64,000 bases of DNA, taken from Narcine bancroftii. Its lineage: Eukaryota. Below, one piece after another: positions 1 through 10,978 of this stretch (positions are counted from its first letter, which is position 1; every line of letters starts with the position of its first letter). Made by a program: the position numbers and the translations under genes. The DNA is taken from positions 106,330,001 through 106,394,000 of the forward strand of contig NC_091473.1 of assembly GCF_036971445.1 (NCBI RefSeq). Reading direction: 5' to 3'. The notes beneath the pieces are model-generated. The model searched no databases. It saw only the letters and a list, made by a program, of their open reading frames with translations, and was not told the origin of the DNA.

Positions 1-360
1 ACATCACAACACTCATTGGTCGATCTGCAATGGTCGTTTTGTCGGAGATTTGCCGCCTAAAGCAATTACTGTCAAAAACGTCCGTCATTACCTCAAAATA
101 AATTCAAGCTCTCCTGACTGTCACCCCCCCCAACTGGAATGAACTGTTCCTTGTTCTTTACGGCATCGTCGATCGCTAAATTTGCTTGTCACGCTGTCGT
201 GAAGGGAAATAAACGTCCTGTTTACGGCAGCGTTTCCACGTGACGCAGCTGTCAACTGGTCTCCGTCCGGTGTCAACTCTGTCAGGTGCTCCCGTCTCCG
301 ACACGAAGCGTTTTTTTTTAACTCCTTTTGTCCATCGAGGTTCGGCCTCCCCGATGTCCT
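1..360. promoter_or_regulatory. CpG-rich promoter-like segment (edge of a CpG island running off the window)
   Basis: Many CpGs compared with the CpG-depleted sequence after ~500. ATTGG (reverse CCAAT) at 16-20 and an overlapping E-box/CRE-like CACGTGACG at 237-245. No coding exon recognised. Confidence 0.45.
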
Positions 361-494
361 GGCCCTCTCCCTTTCTCCTCCCATCCCTACCTAACCGCTC
401 TCTCCCATCCTGCCATGCTTTCCCCTAGATGTTGCATCTCCTCCCCATACATTCTTCCTCAGTCTCAGCAGCATCCCATCAAGTGCAATGTTTC

Positions 495-795
495 CCATTT
501 CCCATCTCGAACTAAAGAACATTACAGCACAAAAACAGGCCCTTTGGCCCTTCTAGTCTGCACCGAATCATTTTCTTTTTGGCCTGTGCCCAGTCCATAG
601 CCCTCCACACCCATGTACCTGTCCAAATTCTTCTTAAATATTAAAACTGAGCAGGCATTCACCACCACAGATGGCAGCTCGTTCCACACTCCCACCATTC
701 TTTGTGTGAAGAAGTTCCCCCTAAACTTTTCTCCTCTCACTCTTAACCCATGTCCTCTGGTTTGTATCTCACCTACCCTTGGTGGAAAAAGCCTA
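495..795 (-). mobile_element. CR1-clade LINE 3' end fragment
   Basis: ORF 522-740 (-) reads RGEKFRGNFFTQRMVGVWNELP...FKKNLDRYM, the typical CR1 ORF2 C-terminus, followed by the GGGCC...TGTGCTGT 3' tail. Confidence 0.85.
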
Positions 796-1044
796 ATGGA
801 TTTTGTCCATCAGTCATAGAATCACTGGTATGGTAATCATATCACAATATTGTAATGAATGGCATCCAAAGCTTATAATACTGATCAGAAAGAACAATTA
901 CAAAAAGTAAAGAGAGATAATAAACTATGCTGTTTGTAAGAACAAATGAACATATGTCAAATTATTGAGTTTAATCATTTATGGGAGTTTATTTGTATAT
1001 AGGGGTATCCACCAATCAGGCATTTGTAATCCAGGGATTCCCTG

Positions 1045-1325
1045 TACAAATTATGAGGGGCATAGATAGGTAGATAATAGCAGAGGTGTCTAAAAATAAG
1101 TGGACAAAGGTTTAGGGAAAGTAAGATTTAGAGGAGATCAAAGGAAGAACTTTTTTCATGCTGAAGGTGGGTGATAAGGTAAGTTCCATTATAACATTCA
1201 TCTAGATGTGCACATTAATTTCCATAGATAGAAAACTGTGAGTCAAGTACCAGTAAATGTGATTGAGAGGTGCTTGATATTTGACAAGGACATAGGGAAG
1301 AGCGTGTTTCTGTATTGTGTGCACT
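1045..1325 (+). mobile_element. Degenerate CR1-clade LINE 3' fragment
   Basis: tacaaattatgaggggcatagatagg (YKIMRGIDR) and the 3' tail gtttctgtattgtgt. Confidence 0.6.
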
Positions 1326-1889
1326 ATAATAAAGCATATTAATTTTCAAACAATCTATAGGCCTGCAATTTCCAATTGAAACCAACTTGTCATTGCTTGC
1401 ATATAGTTTTTAAGAGAGGAAAGTATTAATATATTTGTTTCAATCTGTGTGAATGATGTGGCAGACAAATATTTGTAAATTGACAGATTAGATAGAATTG
1501 TGAATGTTGGAAGATAGATATATTGCTGTTTCATGATATTAACTGACCGTGCGATGTTAATTCATTTTGGAGCATTGAGACCAAATCCTGAGAGCATCAC
1601 TTCTGGCATTAATTTGCTTGGTCATTGCCTTTCATTGTCATTTCATTTCTTATGGTAGGTGTTAGACCCTATGGTATTCAGGGCCTCCTTCTGTCAACCT
1701 TTTCCATTGGAATTTCTTGCTCTTTTTCAGAGTTAAGGCAAAGGAGAGCAGATGGGCTATTTATTTAACGTTTATGAAAAGTGGGATTCTGAAAACATAG
1801 CCTTACTGAAATGTCAGCTAAGCATTTTGTTCTTTGAAGTGGAGGTGGGAATTTATTTCATTATCTTTTTATTTTGGGCAAGTGCTACC

Positions 1890-2930
1890 TTGAGTGCTTC
1901 AAAAATGCTAGTCGATCATCGTGAAATGGAGTCATGGCCTACATTAACTCCAATTTCCCTACAGCCTCCATCCACAACAAGTTGCTGACTTTTACAAAAG
2001 GTCCAATGCAGATATTTTCTCCATGGCCCTGCAATCTGCCCTGGGTCACCTGGATAAGAACAATACCTATGACAGATTCTTATTTATTAACTACTGTCTG
2101 CATTCAACACCATAGTCTCAAGCAAACTCATCCACAAACTCCAAAACCTAGATATCAACAACTGGATCCTTGACTTCCTGATGTGCAGACCATAAGCAGT
2201 GATGATTGATCTCAAGATCTCCTCCGTGATAATCCTTAATGCCAGTCCCCCCACTAGGCTGCATAATGAGCCTCTTACTCCCAATGTATTCATGAGTATG
2301 TGGCCAAATACTACTCTAACTCTGTCTACAAGTTTGAAAATAAAACCTCCTTCATCAGCCAAATCACAAACAATGATGAAAGAGAGTACAGGAAGGAAAT
2401 AGGGAGTCTGATGGTATTGGGTTAGAATATCAATTTCTCCAGATGCTTCACAGTTTAGTACTGAAAATGCTCTGCCCAAGACCACAAGAAACTTCAGAGA
2501 GTTGTGAATGCATTTCAGACCATAACTCCCATCCATTGATTCCATTTATGCCTCCTGCTATCTCAGGAAAGCCGATAAATTCTCAATCATTTTTGGCAGG
2601 ACTCTGCTCAAAGTTTATGGGCCCCCTTCCCTGAGAAGTAGTCAAGTTTAGTTGGTCTCTTCTGTACTTCTACCAACTCAATAGAAAACATAAAAATTAT
2701 TTTATGGTTTCAGTCCATGCTCCCCCTCCCCCCTAAAATGAGTTGTCCCCACCCCCAGAGGCAGGGTGCATGGCCACTGTTGAGAATGGCTGTACTAAAG
2801 GACGCAGTCCACCTTGGTTATACTCTCCCCATTTCTTCCACAAAGGAGATACAGTACATGAGCTTGGAAACACTAACCTCCAGATTCAAAGACAGTTTGT
2901 ATCCTGCACATCAGACTTAAATGAGCCTCC
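1890..2930 (+). mobile_element. Degenerate Rex1/Babar-type LINE fragment (interrupted by a MITE)
   Basis: Remnants of KCF..L.MAYI, WILDFL, LKD..HLG and RFKDSLYP match Rex1/Babar RT and C-terminal motifs. Confidence 0.7.
2575..2792. mobile_element. hAT-type MITE, second copy of the family at 4922-5610
   Basis: Shares ctctgctcaaagtttatgggcccccttccctg and the right TIR ttgagaatggctg (2780-2792) with the 4922-5610 element. The left TIR is decayed. Confidence 0.7.
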
Positions 2931-3464
2931 CATTGGTAAAATATGATCACTTCGCACTGTTTTAACCTTATTTTTCTCTACTCCCTGCACTACCGGCTGT
3001 ACTTAAGAAACAGTTGATTTGCTTGGGTAGCATGCAAGATGGAATGGGAAACAGTCTCAATGAGGACTTGATTCTAAAGTGTAGTCAGGGACTAAGTCCA
3101 TAGAAGTAGTCTTTGTGATAAAATCTTCTTCATGGCCAACGGAGGAAGGAAAACTGCATGACAAATGAGTGCCAGAGGGGAAGGATGCTGGTCTTAAGGG
3201 TGGAAAACTTTTGAGCCATCGCTGTGGCAATGGCAATGCATTCAGTCTCAAAGTGTCCATTCAGGATAACCTAGTGTTTGAATTGTAACAATAGAGGATA
3301 TTGAACAAATGTGTAAGTCCCTGAAGAAGTAATGTTTTGTTGACATGGATACAAGGATATAGATTTGCAGAACTGAATTTGGTTATTTATTATTACAAAG
3401 AGATTGAAGAGGTTAATCTGGGTATGTTATCTAGGACACCTGCAGATGGCGCAATCAACATTGG

Positions 3465-3786
3465 TTAAAAACACAGGAAGTTGTAGGAACTGAGCAAGTC
3501 TCGCATCATCCATAGGAGGTAAAGATATATAACAAACGTTTCGAACCTGAGCCCTTCTTCAAGATGTGTGCAAAAAGCAGGCAGGCATCTGAATAAAAAG
3601 GCTGGAGGAGGGAGAAAAAGGTTGGGAGAAAGAGCACAGACCAACAGGTCTGAAGAAGGGTTCAGGCCTGAAATTTTGGTTATATGCAGTATCTTTACTT
3701 CCCATGGAAGCATGACCTGCTGAGTTCCTCCAGCATTCTTATGTTTTTACTACAATCACAGTGTCTGCAGACTTTCATGTTTTACT
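3465..3786. mobile_element. Short Penelope-derived element with inverted terminal repeats
   Basis: 3467-3563 is an inverted copy of ~3650-3750. Both carry the gaagaagggctcaggcccgaaacgtc motif also found at the ends of the GIY-YIG element at 7058-8180. Confidence 0.7.
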
Positions 3787-4930
3787 GCAATCAACATTGG
3801 TGCTTCTTTATCAATTCCATCTGCATCGAAGCTGCTTCTTGCTAGGTGTGTACCTCAAACATCTTAATGGTGAACTTCTGCTAGGTGCCTATGTAGGAAG
3901 GACTCCATATTATGGGAATAATATCCCCTGTCACTGGATATGGGTGGGTCAAGTTATTTTTTATAATGATAAACCAGATTGATGTACCAGAAATTATGGG
4001 ATTTAATTTGATTGAGTGGCCCCAGTTGAGGAAGTTTGTGTTTCAAAATACTGTAGCATTAGGCAGTGGATCCTGGAGCCACACAAACTGAGGAATGAAC
4101 TGACCTCAATGGTCAAGTCAGTTGAAAAGGCACCAAGAAGTCCATAGCTTACAAACTCACTTGGGAGTAACAGCTTCAACTCTGGTAGGGTGAACATGGA
4201 TTATGAAATATTCATAATCATAATTATTTGATTTAACATGCAAAAGAAAATATCCTTGGAGAACCGATTATGGTAAGGAATGCTTGAGGAATAAACCCTG
4301 GTGATAACAGTACAGGCTGTGATACACAAGCACCAGGGCACATTTAGCCTGAGGAATGGCCATCTCAAAAGGAAGTTTCTTAAGAGGCTAAAAGTCAGAA
4401 TACATTTTAATGCATAAATAAACTGCCTACCTAAGAGGTTGCTAGAAAATCTTAAAGTGTGGAACCAGTAGCAATAGTGGAATTATATGATTGTATGTGA
4501 AAAAGTAATACTCCCCAACATTAAGTTCTGGTGAAAGTTAAGAATGCCAATGAAAAAATTACCTGCTACCACTTTAAAGAATTGTAAGAATTGTTTTCAG
4601 AGAGGAATTTGGAGTGTTAGCTATTTATCTACCAGGAAAAGTTGCAAACTCTGCTGTAGGACAGTAAGCAAAGAACATATTGCAATATAATGGCAATGAG
4701 CAAAATGGCTGTAAGATGTATATTGGGGAAGTATCTATAGAGGCTACTGTGAGGCAGAAAGGAAAAGCTGCAGAGCACTGAATCAGGAAAGCCAGAAAGG
4801 CAGATCAGGGTGATGGTTCTGAATTGATGAATAGTTCTTGATAATCATTTTGAATCCACAACATCATCTTTCTTTGTTTTCAGAGCAATGGGAACATTTG
4901 CAGCTCTGATATTGTTTAGAATAGCCATTC

Positions 4931-5400
4931 TGTAGCACTATCAATTAGACCTGATAAGCCAGGTCAAGATTAATAGGCTTTAATCACTATAAATTTACAG
5001 TCATATCTTACATGCTGTTGGCCTATTCCAAGGCAGTACTGGGGAGGGGTGTAATTAAGTGATACCACCTTTATTAGGGATCCTGGAGGGGGAGGAGTTA
5101 CAGTATAGGGAGTGGGCCAACCAATACAATGACTGCAGTACAGTGTTGTAATAGTACAGATCTATCACCAATGTATATAGTGTATATAGTTACAGTATCT
5201 AGACTGTGCTTACAGCGATTGGCTGAGAGCTTAGCCATGCCTACTGTCTGGGCCTTAAAGAGTTGTGTCCTTAGCCAGGTCGGATCATTCCAGACTGGTC
5301 GGCCACCTGTGAAGAGCTCCTGACTTTTGCTAATAAAAGCCTTGGTTTGGATCAACAAGTCTTTGATTCTTTCGATGAGCTCTACAAGTGTTCCACCACA
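4931..5400 (-). mobile_element. Solo LTR (family A), interrupted by a second solo LTR
   Basis: TG...CA termini (tgtagcac...ccaccaca) and 5-bp TSD CATTC at 4926-4930 and 5401-5405. Layout resembles the Gypsy LTR at 62089-62328. Confidence 0.8.
5147..5386 (+). mobile_element. Solo LTR (family B), 240 bp
   Basis: TGTA...TACA termini, AATAAA at 5332-5337, 5-bp TSD AGTGT at 5142-5146 and 5387-5391. Near-identical copy at 10545-10785. Confidence 0.9.
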
Positions 5401-6650
5401 CATTCTCAACCTCTTTATGGCTATGGCCAACCCTAGCATTCTGCTCAAAGTTTATGGGCCCCCTTCCCTGTGAAGCAGTTAAGTTTTGGTTTCTTCCATT
5501 CTTCTCCCTTACCAATTGCATAAAAAACATTAAACATTTATGTTACGAGTCGTGAAAAGAAAACAATGTTTTTACTTAAATGTGCTGTAGAGCACCTTTG
5601 AGAATGGCTGGTTTAGAAGATATGAAATAGAATAGAAAGACATGTCCATTCACCAGAATGTTAGGCCAATGAATATACTATTGCTCTAATCCAAGTGGAT
5701 GGACATGGGAAACTTGCTGCAGGGTACTGAAGTAAGCCCATTTAACAAAGCTAAGTGGAAGAGATTATAAAGGTGTTTGAAAAGGTGTGGCAAGAGACTG
5801 TGGTAGCAGATTTGTACATTGGAAAAGATCCAGAGATGGAAAGTCAGAAATGCTGTTCAGGCTTTAGCTGAGAAGTGGAAAGATCCAATATCAATGAGAC
5901 CTGAAGTTAGAGTTATGATAATGAAATATATGACAGCAAGAAAAGCACTGAGAAATAATTAAGTTATAGTGAGATATTTGGGAAGATATGAAAATAATGT
6001 ATAATTGTAGTTACTGTAGTTATGGATGTATGGGTCTCTGTTAAACTTGGAGTTCACAGCTAATGTTCAGAACATTTTATGAAATTATGTAGTATGGTTA
6101 TATAAAATTAAAAAAACCATTTTAGTGGAGGATGTGAACTTCATAATGCATGAATCCGATGAAAGAAGTGATGAATTGGATTTGTGGTTTCAGTAGTACA
6201 TGTGTGTGCAGTTTAGTTTGTAGTATTTTAGATCATAGTAAACATCTGTATGTAGCTAAATCGTAGCTCTGTGTACGTGTTCGTATTATTTTTACATCTT
6301 ATGTAAATAGTGAACTGATAGAATAACTTAAATGCAGAACAACCTCAAATATAACTCGGGTGACAGGAACAACATTTGGAACTACAATGAAATAGTTGTG
6401 TTACAAGCTACCATGAAACTAACATTTAGCTCATTTCTCTCTTGAAATTCATGATATCTGCAATATATCCATAATTGCAATAAAATGAAGAATGTTTTGT
6501 CAAGATTGCACTGTACATGTAAATAATTATTGTGAAAATGTAAATACTTTTATATTTAATTTTATAGGAAACCAATGTTGTATACACCTTTAAAAATTAT
6601 ATGTGTCAAGTGGTATGAGTTCAGGCACATTGTTGTATTACCGAGAAAAT

Positions 6651-6843
6651 GTAAAAACAAACAGAAATGCTGGAGGCACTCACCCAGTCTCACAGTGTCC
6701 AGAGGAAGTAAAGATATATTAGTGATGTTTCAGGCCTAAGCCCTTCTTCAAGGTAAGAAGTGACGCTTTGAAACTGGCTAAGTACCTCCAGAACTCTGTG
6801 TGTTTTTACTACAATCAGAGCATCTACAGACTTTTGTTTCACT
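6651..6843. mobile_element. Short Penelope-derived element with inverted ends
   Basis: gtaaaaac..aaatgctggagg..ctca is mirrored by ctaagtacctccagaa..tgtttttac. Family motif at 6724-6753 (-). Confidence 0.65.
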
Positions 6844-7057
6844 CTCTACCTATTGAAAGTTGTTCACCTTCAACAACATAGCTGGGATGAAAGATTTGTC
6901 TTATTATCAGCCTTGCTAAACAGTAATATAAAAGAACAGTGGATTATTCAATAATTGCAACTGCCAGCAAGTACCTTTTCAGATCCTTGTTGCAAAAACA
7001 TGCAAACACACATACAGACATAGTGAAACATGATTGGCTGCAGATGCTGTGATTGCA

Positions 7058-8180
7058 GTAAAAATACTGAAATGCTGGAGAAACTCAGCTGGTCTTTTCA
7101 GCATCTATAGGAGACAAAGATATATTTCTGACGTTTCGGGCCTGAGCCCTTCTTCATCAGAAATATCCTCCTTCTTTAAATCACATGGCTTTCCCTCTAC
7201 CACCACCAACTTGGCATTCACCCACATATTCTCCATTACCCGCACATCTGCCCTGGCCCTCTCTGCACCCATGCACAAGAAGGGCAGGATTTCTCTTGTC
7301 CTCACCTTCCAACCCACCAGCCTCTGCATCCAACATATTCTTCTCTGTCATTTCCGCCAACTACTACGTGATACCACCACTAGATACATACTCCTCTCTC
7401 CTCCCCTCTCCACCTTCTGCAGGGACCACTCTCTTCGTGACTCCCTTGTCCATTCTGCCCTCTTCACCAATCATCCCCTTTGGACCTACCCTGTGACCAC
7501 ATGATTTGCTCCACTTGCACCCACACCTTCTCCCTCAGCATCATTTGGGGCCCCAAACAGTCCTTCCAAGTGAAGCAACACTTCACTTGTGAATCTGCAG
7601 GGATCATCTACTGAATCGGGTGCTCCAGCTGTGGTCTCCTTTACATCAGAGACACTGGATACAGAGTGGGAGATCACTTTGTTGAACATCTCAGCTCTGT
7701 CCACCATAATAGTGTGGATCTCCAAGTGGCCACCTATTTAAATTATCCATTCCATTCCCTTGCCAACATATCTGTCCATGGTCTCATGTGTTGCCAGTCT
7801 GAGACCACCTGTAAATTGGAGGAACAACACCTCATTGTCTAACCAGGCATCCTCCAACCAGATGGTATTAATATCAACTTCTCTGGCTTTCATTAAAACT
7901 CCCACCACCCATTCCCCCATTGTCTCTCCATTTCCTGTCTCCTTTTGCACAGACATGATAAATTCTACCTAGTCCCTCATCACATCCAATTAACTCCTTT
8001 TATTGGTCTGGATTCCTCCACCATTGTTTGAATTTTGAGACTTTCTGATATATCCTGCTTCTGCCTTTTCTGATTTTTCCTCGAAGAAGGGCTCAGGCCC
8101 AAAACGTCGGCAACATATTGTTGTCTCCTTTAGATGCTGAAAAGACCAGCTAAGTTCCTCCAGCATTTTGGTGTTTTTAC
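7058..8180 (+). mobile_element. 5'-truncated Penelope-like retroelement with GIY-YIG endonuclease remnant and inverted terminal repeats
   Basis: 7561-7692 translates SFQVKQHFTCESAGIIY*IGCSSCGLLYIRDTGYRVGDHFVEHL (GIY-YIG with CxxC). 7058-7155 is the reverse complement of 8083-8180. Confidence 0.85.
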
Positions 8181-8239
8181 CACATGCAGACATAACACAC
8201 ATACAGACAAATAATACATGTGCAGTACTTATTTCCTGT

Positions 8240-9103
8240 CATGGAAAAGTTAAGTCCTCCCACACCTATACAGTTCGATAATTGGAAATGCTTCAAACAG
8301 CAATTCAACGTTTATTTAGAGGCTGGTGGAGCAGGAGAGACTGATGAAAAATGGAAATCATCTATATTTCTACATGTGATGGGTGAAGTTGCCTTGGACA
8401 TCTGTAACAGTTTTCAAATTGATGAGACAGCTTTTACATTGAATACTCTGATAACAAAATTTGAGGACTATTTTGTTCCAAGTAAAAAAGTCATGTTTGA
8501 GAGATTCAAGTTTTTTTCTCCTGAGACCAGAAACAGGATATGACCTTCAACCAATATTTAGCTGAGCTTCACACATTAAGAAAGTCCTGTGTAATTGGAG
8601 ATTTGAAAAATTCATTCATTAGAGACAGAATAGTTTGCAAAATCCCAGATAATGGGTTCAGAGAAAGATTGTTGCGTGAAAAAAGATTTGACACTGGAAA
8701 AGGCTGTGAATATGTGTAGGGCAGCTGAGACCAAATGAGCACAAACTAAGGAGCTGCACAGGATAGGCACAACAGTGCATGCAGAGAAAACAAAGAAGCA
8801 GAGCACCAGGAATTTCCCAAAGCCACAGCAAAACAAATTGGTAGGCTCAAATGGCAAACGCAGCAGGTACGGAGGTAAACATGTCCCAAAGATGTGTCCT
8901 GCCAATGGAAAGTCCTCAATAAATGTAGGAAGAAGAATCATTTTTCAAAGTTCTACAAAGCAGGGGCTACCAAGAGAAAGGTTACAATTTTACAAGGCCC
9001 TCACCAAAAAGTGCAAGATTTATCCAGTGGAATTAAAAGTGACAGGCTACACTGGAGAGAACATTCCAGTAAAAGAGGCTGTATGGTGATCTTCAAACAC
9101 AAA
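8240..9103 (+). mobile_element. Ty3/Gypsy gag(-pro) remnant
   Basis: NWKCFKQQFNVYL...KFEDYFVP..VMFERFKF, IRDRIV, RERLLREKDLTLEKAVNMCRAAE and a decayed CCHC knuckle (CPANGK/NKCRKKNHF). Contains stops and deletions. Confidence 0.8.
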
Positions 9104-9409
9104 GGGGACATCACATCATGACTTGGGGTTAGGACGCAAAAACCCAACTCTCCCGGAAATCAGCTAAAAGAATGTTGAAAAATTAATGAACTACTCAAAC
9201 AAACTCCATTAAGCAGCCTCGGAACTATTCTACATACTCAATATGGGGAAAAAGATGGTCAAAACTGCCACTGACTTACCTGTTTTATGCAAAGAAGAAA
9301 AGCAACATGGACAGTTAGGCCTGCAAAGACTCTGGAACAATGGGCTAGCATTGCTGCTGTTCCCAAGATGAGTGGGCAGCTTCCACTTCCACAGCAAAGT
9401 GCACCACAC

Positions 9410-9737
9410 CAGAAAATTCAAACAATGGTGGAGGAATCCAGACCAACAAAAGGTGTTAATTGGATGTGATGAGGGACTAGGTAGAATTTATCATGTCTGT
9501 GCGAAAGGAGACAGGAAATGGAGAGACAACGGGGGAAATGGGGTGGTGGGGGTTTTAATGAAAGCCAGAGTAGTCGATATTAATACCATTTGGTTAGACA
9601 ATAAGGTGTTGTTCCTCCAATTTACAGGTGGTCTCAGACTGGCAACACATGAGACCATGGACAGATATGTTGGCAAGGGAATGGAATGGATAATTGAAAT
9701 AGGTGGCCACTTGGAGATCCACACTATTATGGTGGAA
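9410..9737 (-). mobile_element. Penelope fragment inside L1 ORF1 region
   Basis: Near-identical reverse complement of ~7700-8040; ORFs 9491-9853 (-) and 7760-7972 (+) share PTYLSMVSCVASLRPPVNWRNNT. Confidence 0.85.
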
Positions 9738-10544
9738 TGATGACACTGAAGAAGAAAAAACTGTAAGTCAGACCAGAAGTCGCGCAGCCTCATCCAAATC
9801 AGCGTCAGAGGCAGAGGGTTGATCTTAAGTGACTTGGGTGATGAAGATAACATGCAAGAGAGTACAAGCCAAGCTACTAATTTCCCAATTAAAGTGAGTA
9901 AAGAGTTTATATTTAAAGAAATTAGAAGTATGAGACAAGATATGAGAGAGATGAAAGATGAAATGAAAATGGAAATAAATGAAGCAACAGAGACTATGAA
10001 TAAATTGAAGAAGCATATGGATAAAATAAATCAAATAGTTCAGACAATAAAAGATGTGGAACAAGTTAAAGATAGAGTTTCTCAGATGGAAAATAATGAG
10101 ACTATTTTGACCATGATAAATGAAAAACTTTGCCAGAAAGTGGACACCTTGGAAAATTATAGGAGAAGAAATAATATCAAAATTGTGAGTCTGAAAGAGG
10201 TGGGGTGGAACAACAAGATATACTTCACTTTTTTCAACAATGGATCCCAGAACTACTTGGACAGAAGCATTTTGTGGGAGATATTGAGATTGAAAGGGCT
10301 CAGAAGGCTCTTAGAAGAAAATCAGCCCCAGGTCAGAACCCAGATACAATCTTAATAGAATTCCTGTACTATCAAGGCAGGGAAAATGTTTTGAGAATAC
10401 AAATCGAGTAAAATTTTATTTTACCCCGACATGTGAAGATTTGTTAAAAAGAAGAAAAGAATTTAATCCTGTGAAAAAGACCTTATGGGACAAAGGATTC
10501 CATTCATTTTTACAGTACCCTGCAACTTTGAAAATCTCCTTAAA

Positions 10545-10978
10545 TGTGATAGTACAGACCTATCACCAATGTATATAGTTACAGTATCTAGAGTATGCAA
10601 TTACTGTGCTTACAGCGATTGGCTGAGAGCTTAGCCACGCCTACTGTCTGGGCCTTAAAGGGTTGTGTCCCTAGCCAGGTCGGATCATTCCAGACTGGTC
10701 GGCCACCTGTGAAGAGCTCCTGTCTTTTGCTAATAAAAGCCTTGGTTTGGTTCAACAAGTCTTTGGTTCTTTCGACGAGCTCTATAATTTTATTAGCAAA
10801 AGACAGGAGCTCTTCACAGGTGGCCGACCAGTCTGAAATGATCTGACCTGGCTAGGGACACAAGCCTTTAAGGCCCAGACAGTAGGCGAGGCTAAGCTCT
10901 CAGCCAATCGCTGTAAGCACAGTATTACACTCTAGATACTGTAACTATATACATTGGTGATAGGTCTGTACTATCACA
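10545..10978. mobile_element. Family-B LTR (10545-10785) followed by an inverted partial copy (10788-10978), forming a large palindrome
   Basis: 10788-10978 is the reverse complement of 10545-10738 with a handful of differences. Flanked by a 119-bp direct duplication of L1 ORF1. Confidence 0.9.

Larger units (their letters stand above)
4922..5610. mobile_element. hAT-superfamily MITE (host of nested LTRs)
   Basis: TIRs (t)agccattctcaa / ttgagaatggctg; perfect 8-bp TSD GTTTAGAA at 4914-4921 and 5611-5618. Confidence 0.85.

Noticed and set aside
1-500. FAF1 coding exon
   Set aside because: I could not find an MASNMDREMIL-like sequence on either strand; only a promoter-like composition is visible.
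4003-4200. Possible aspartic-protease-like remnant (VDPGATQT on the + strand)
   Set aside because: Too short, with no supporting neighbouring motifs.
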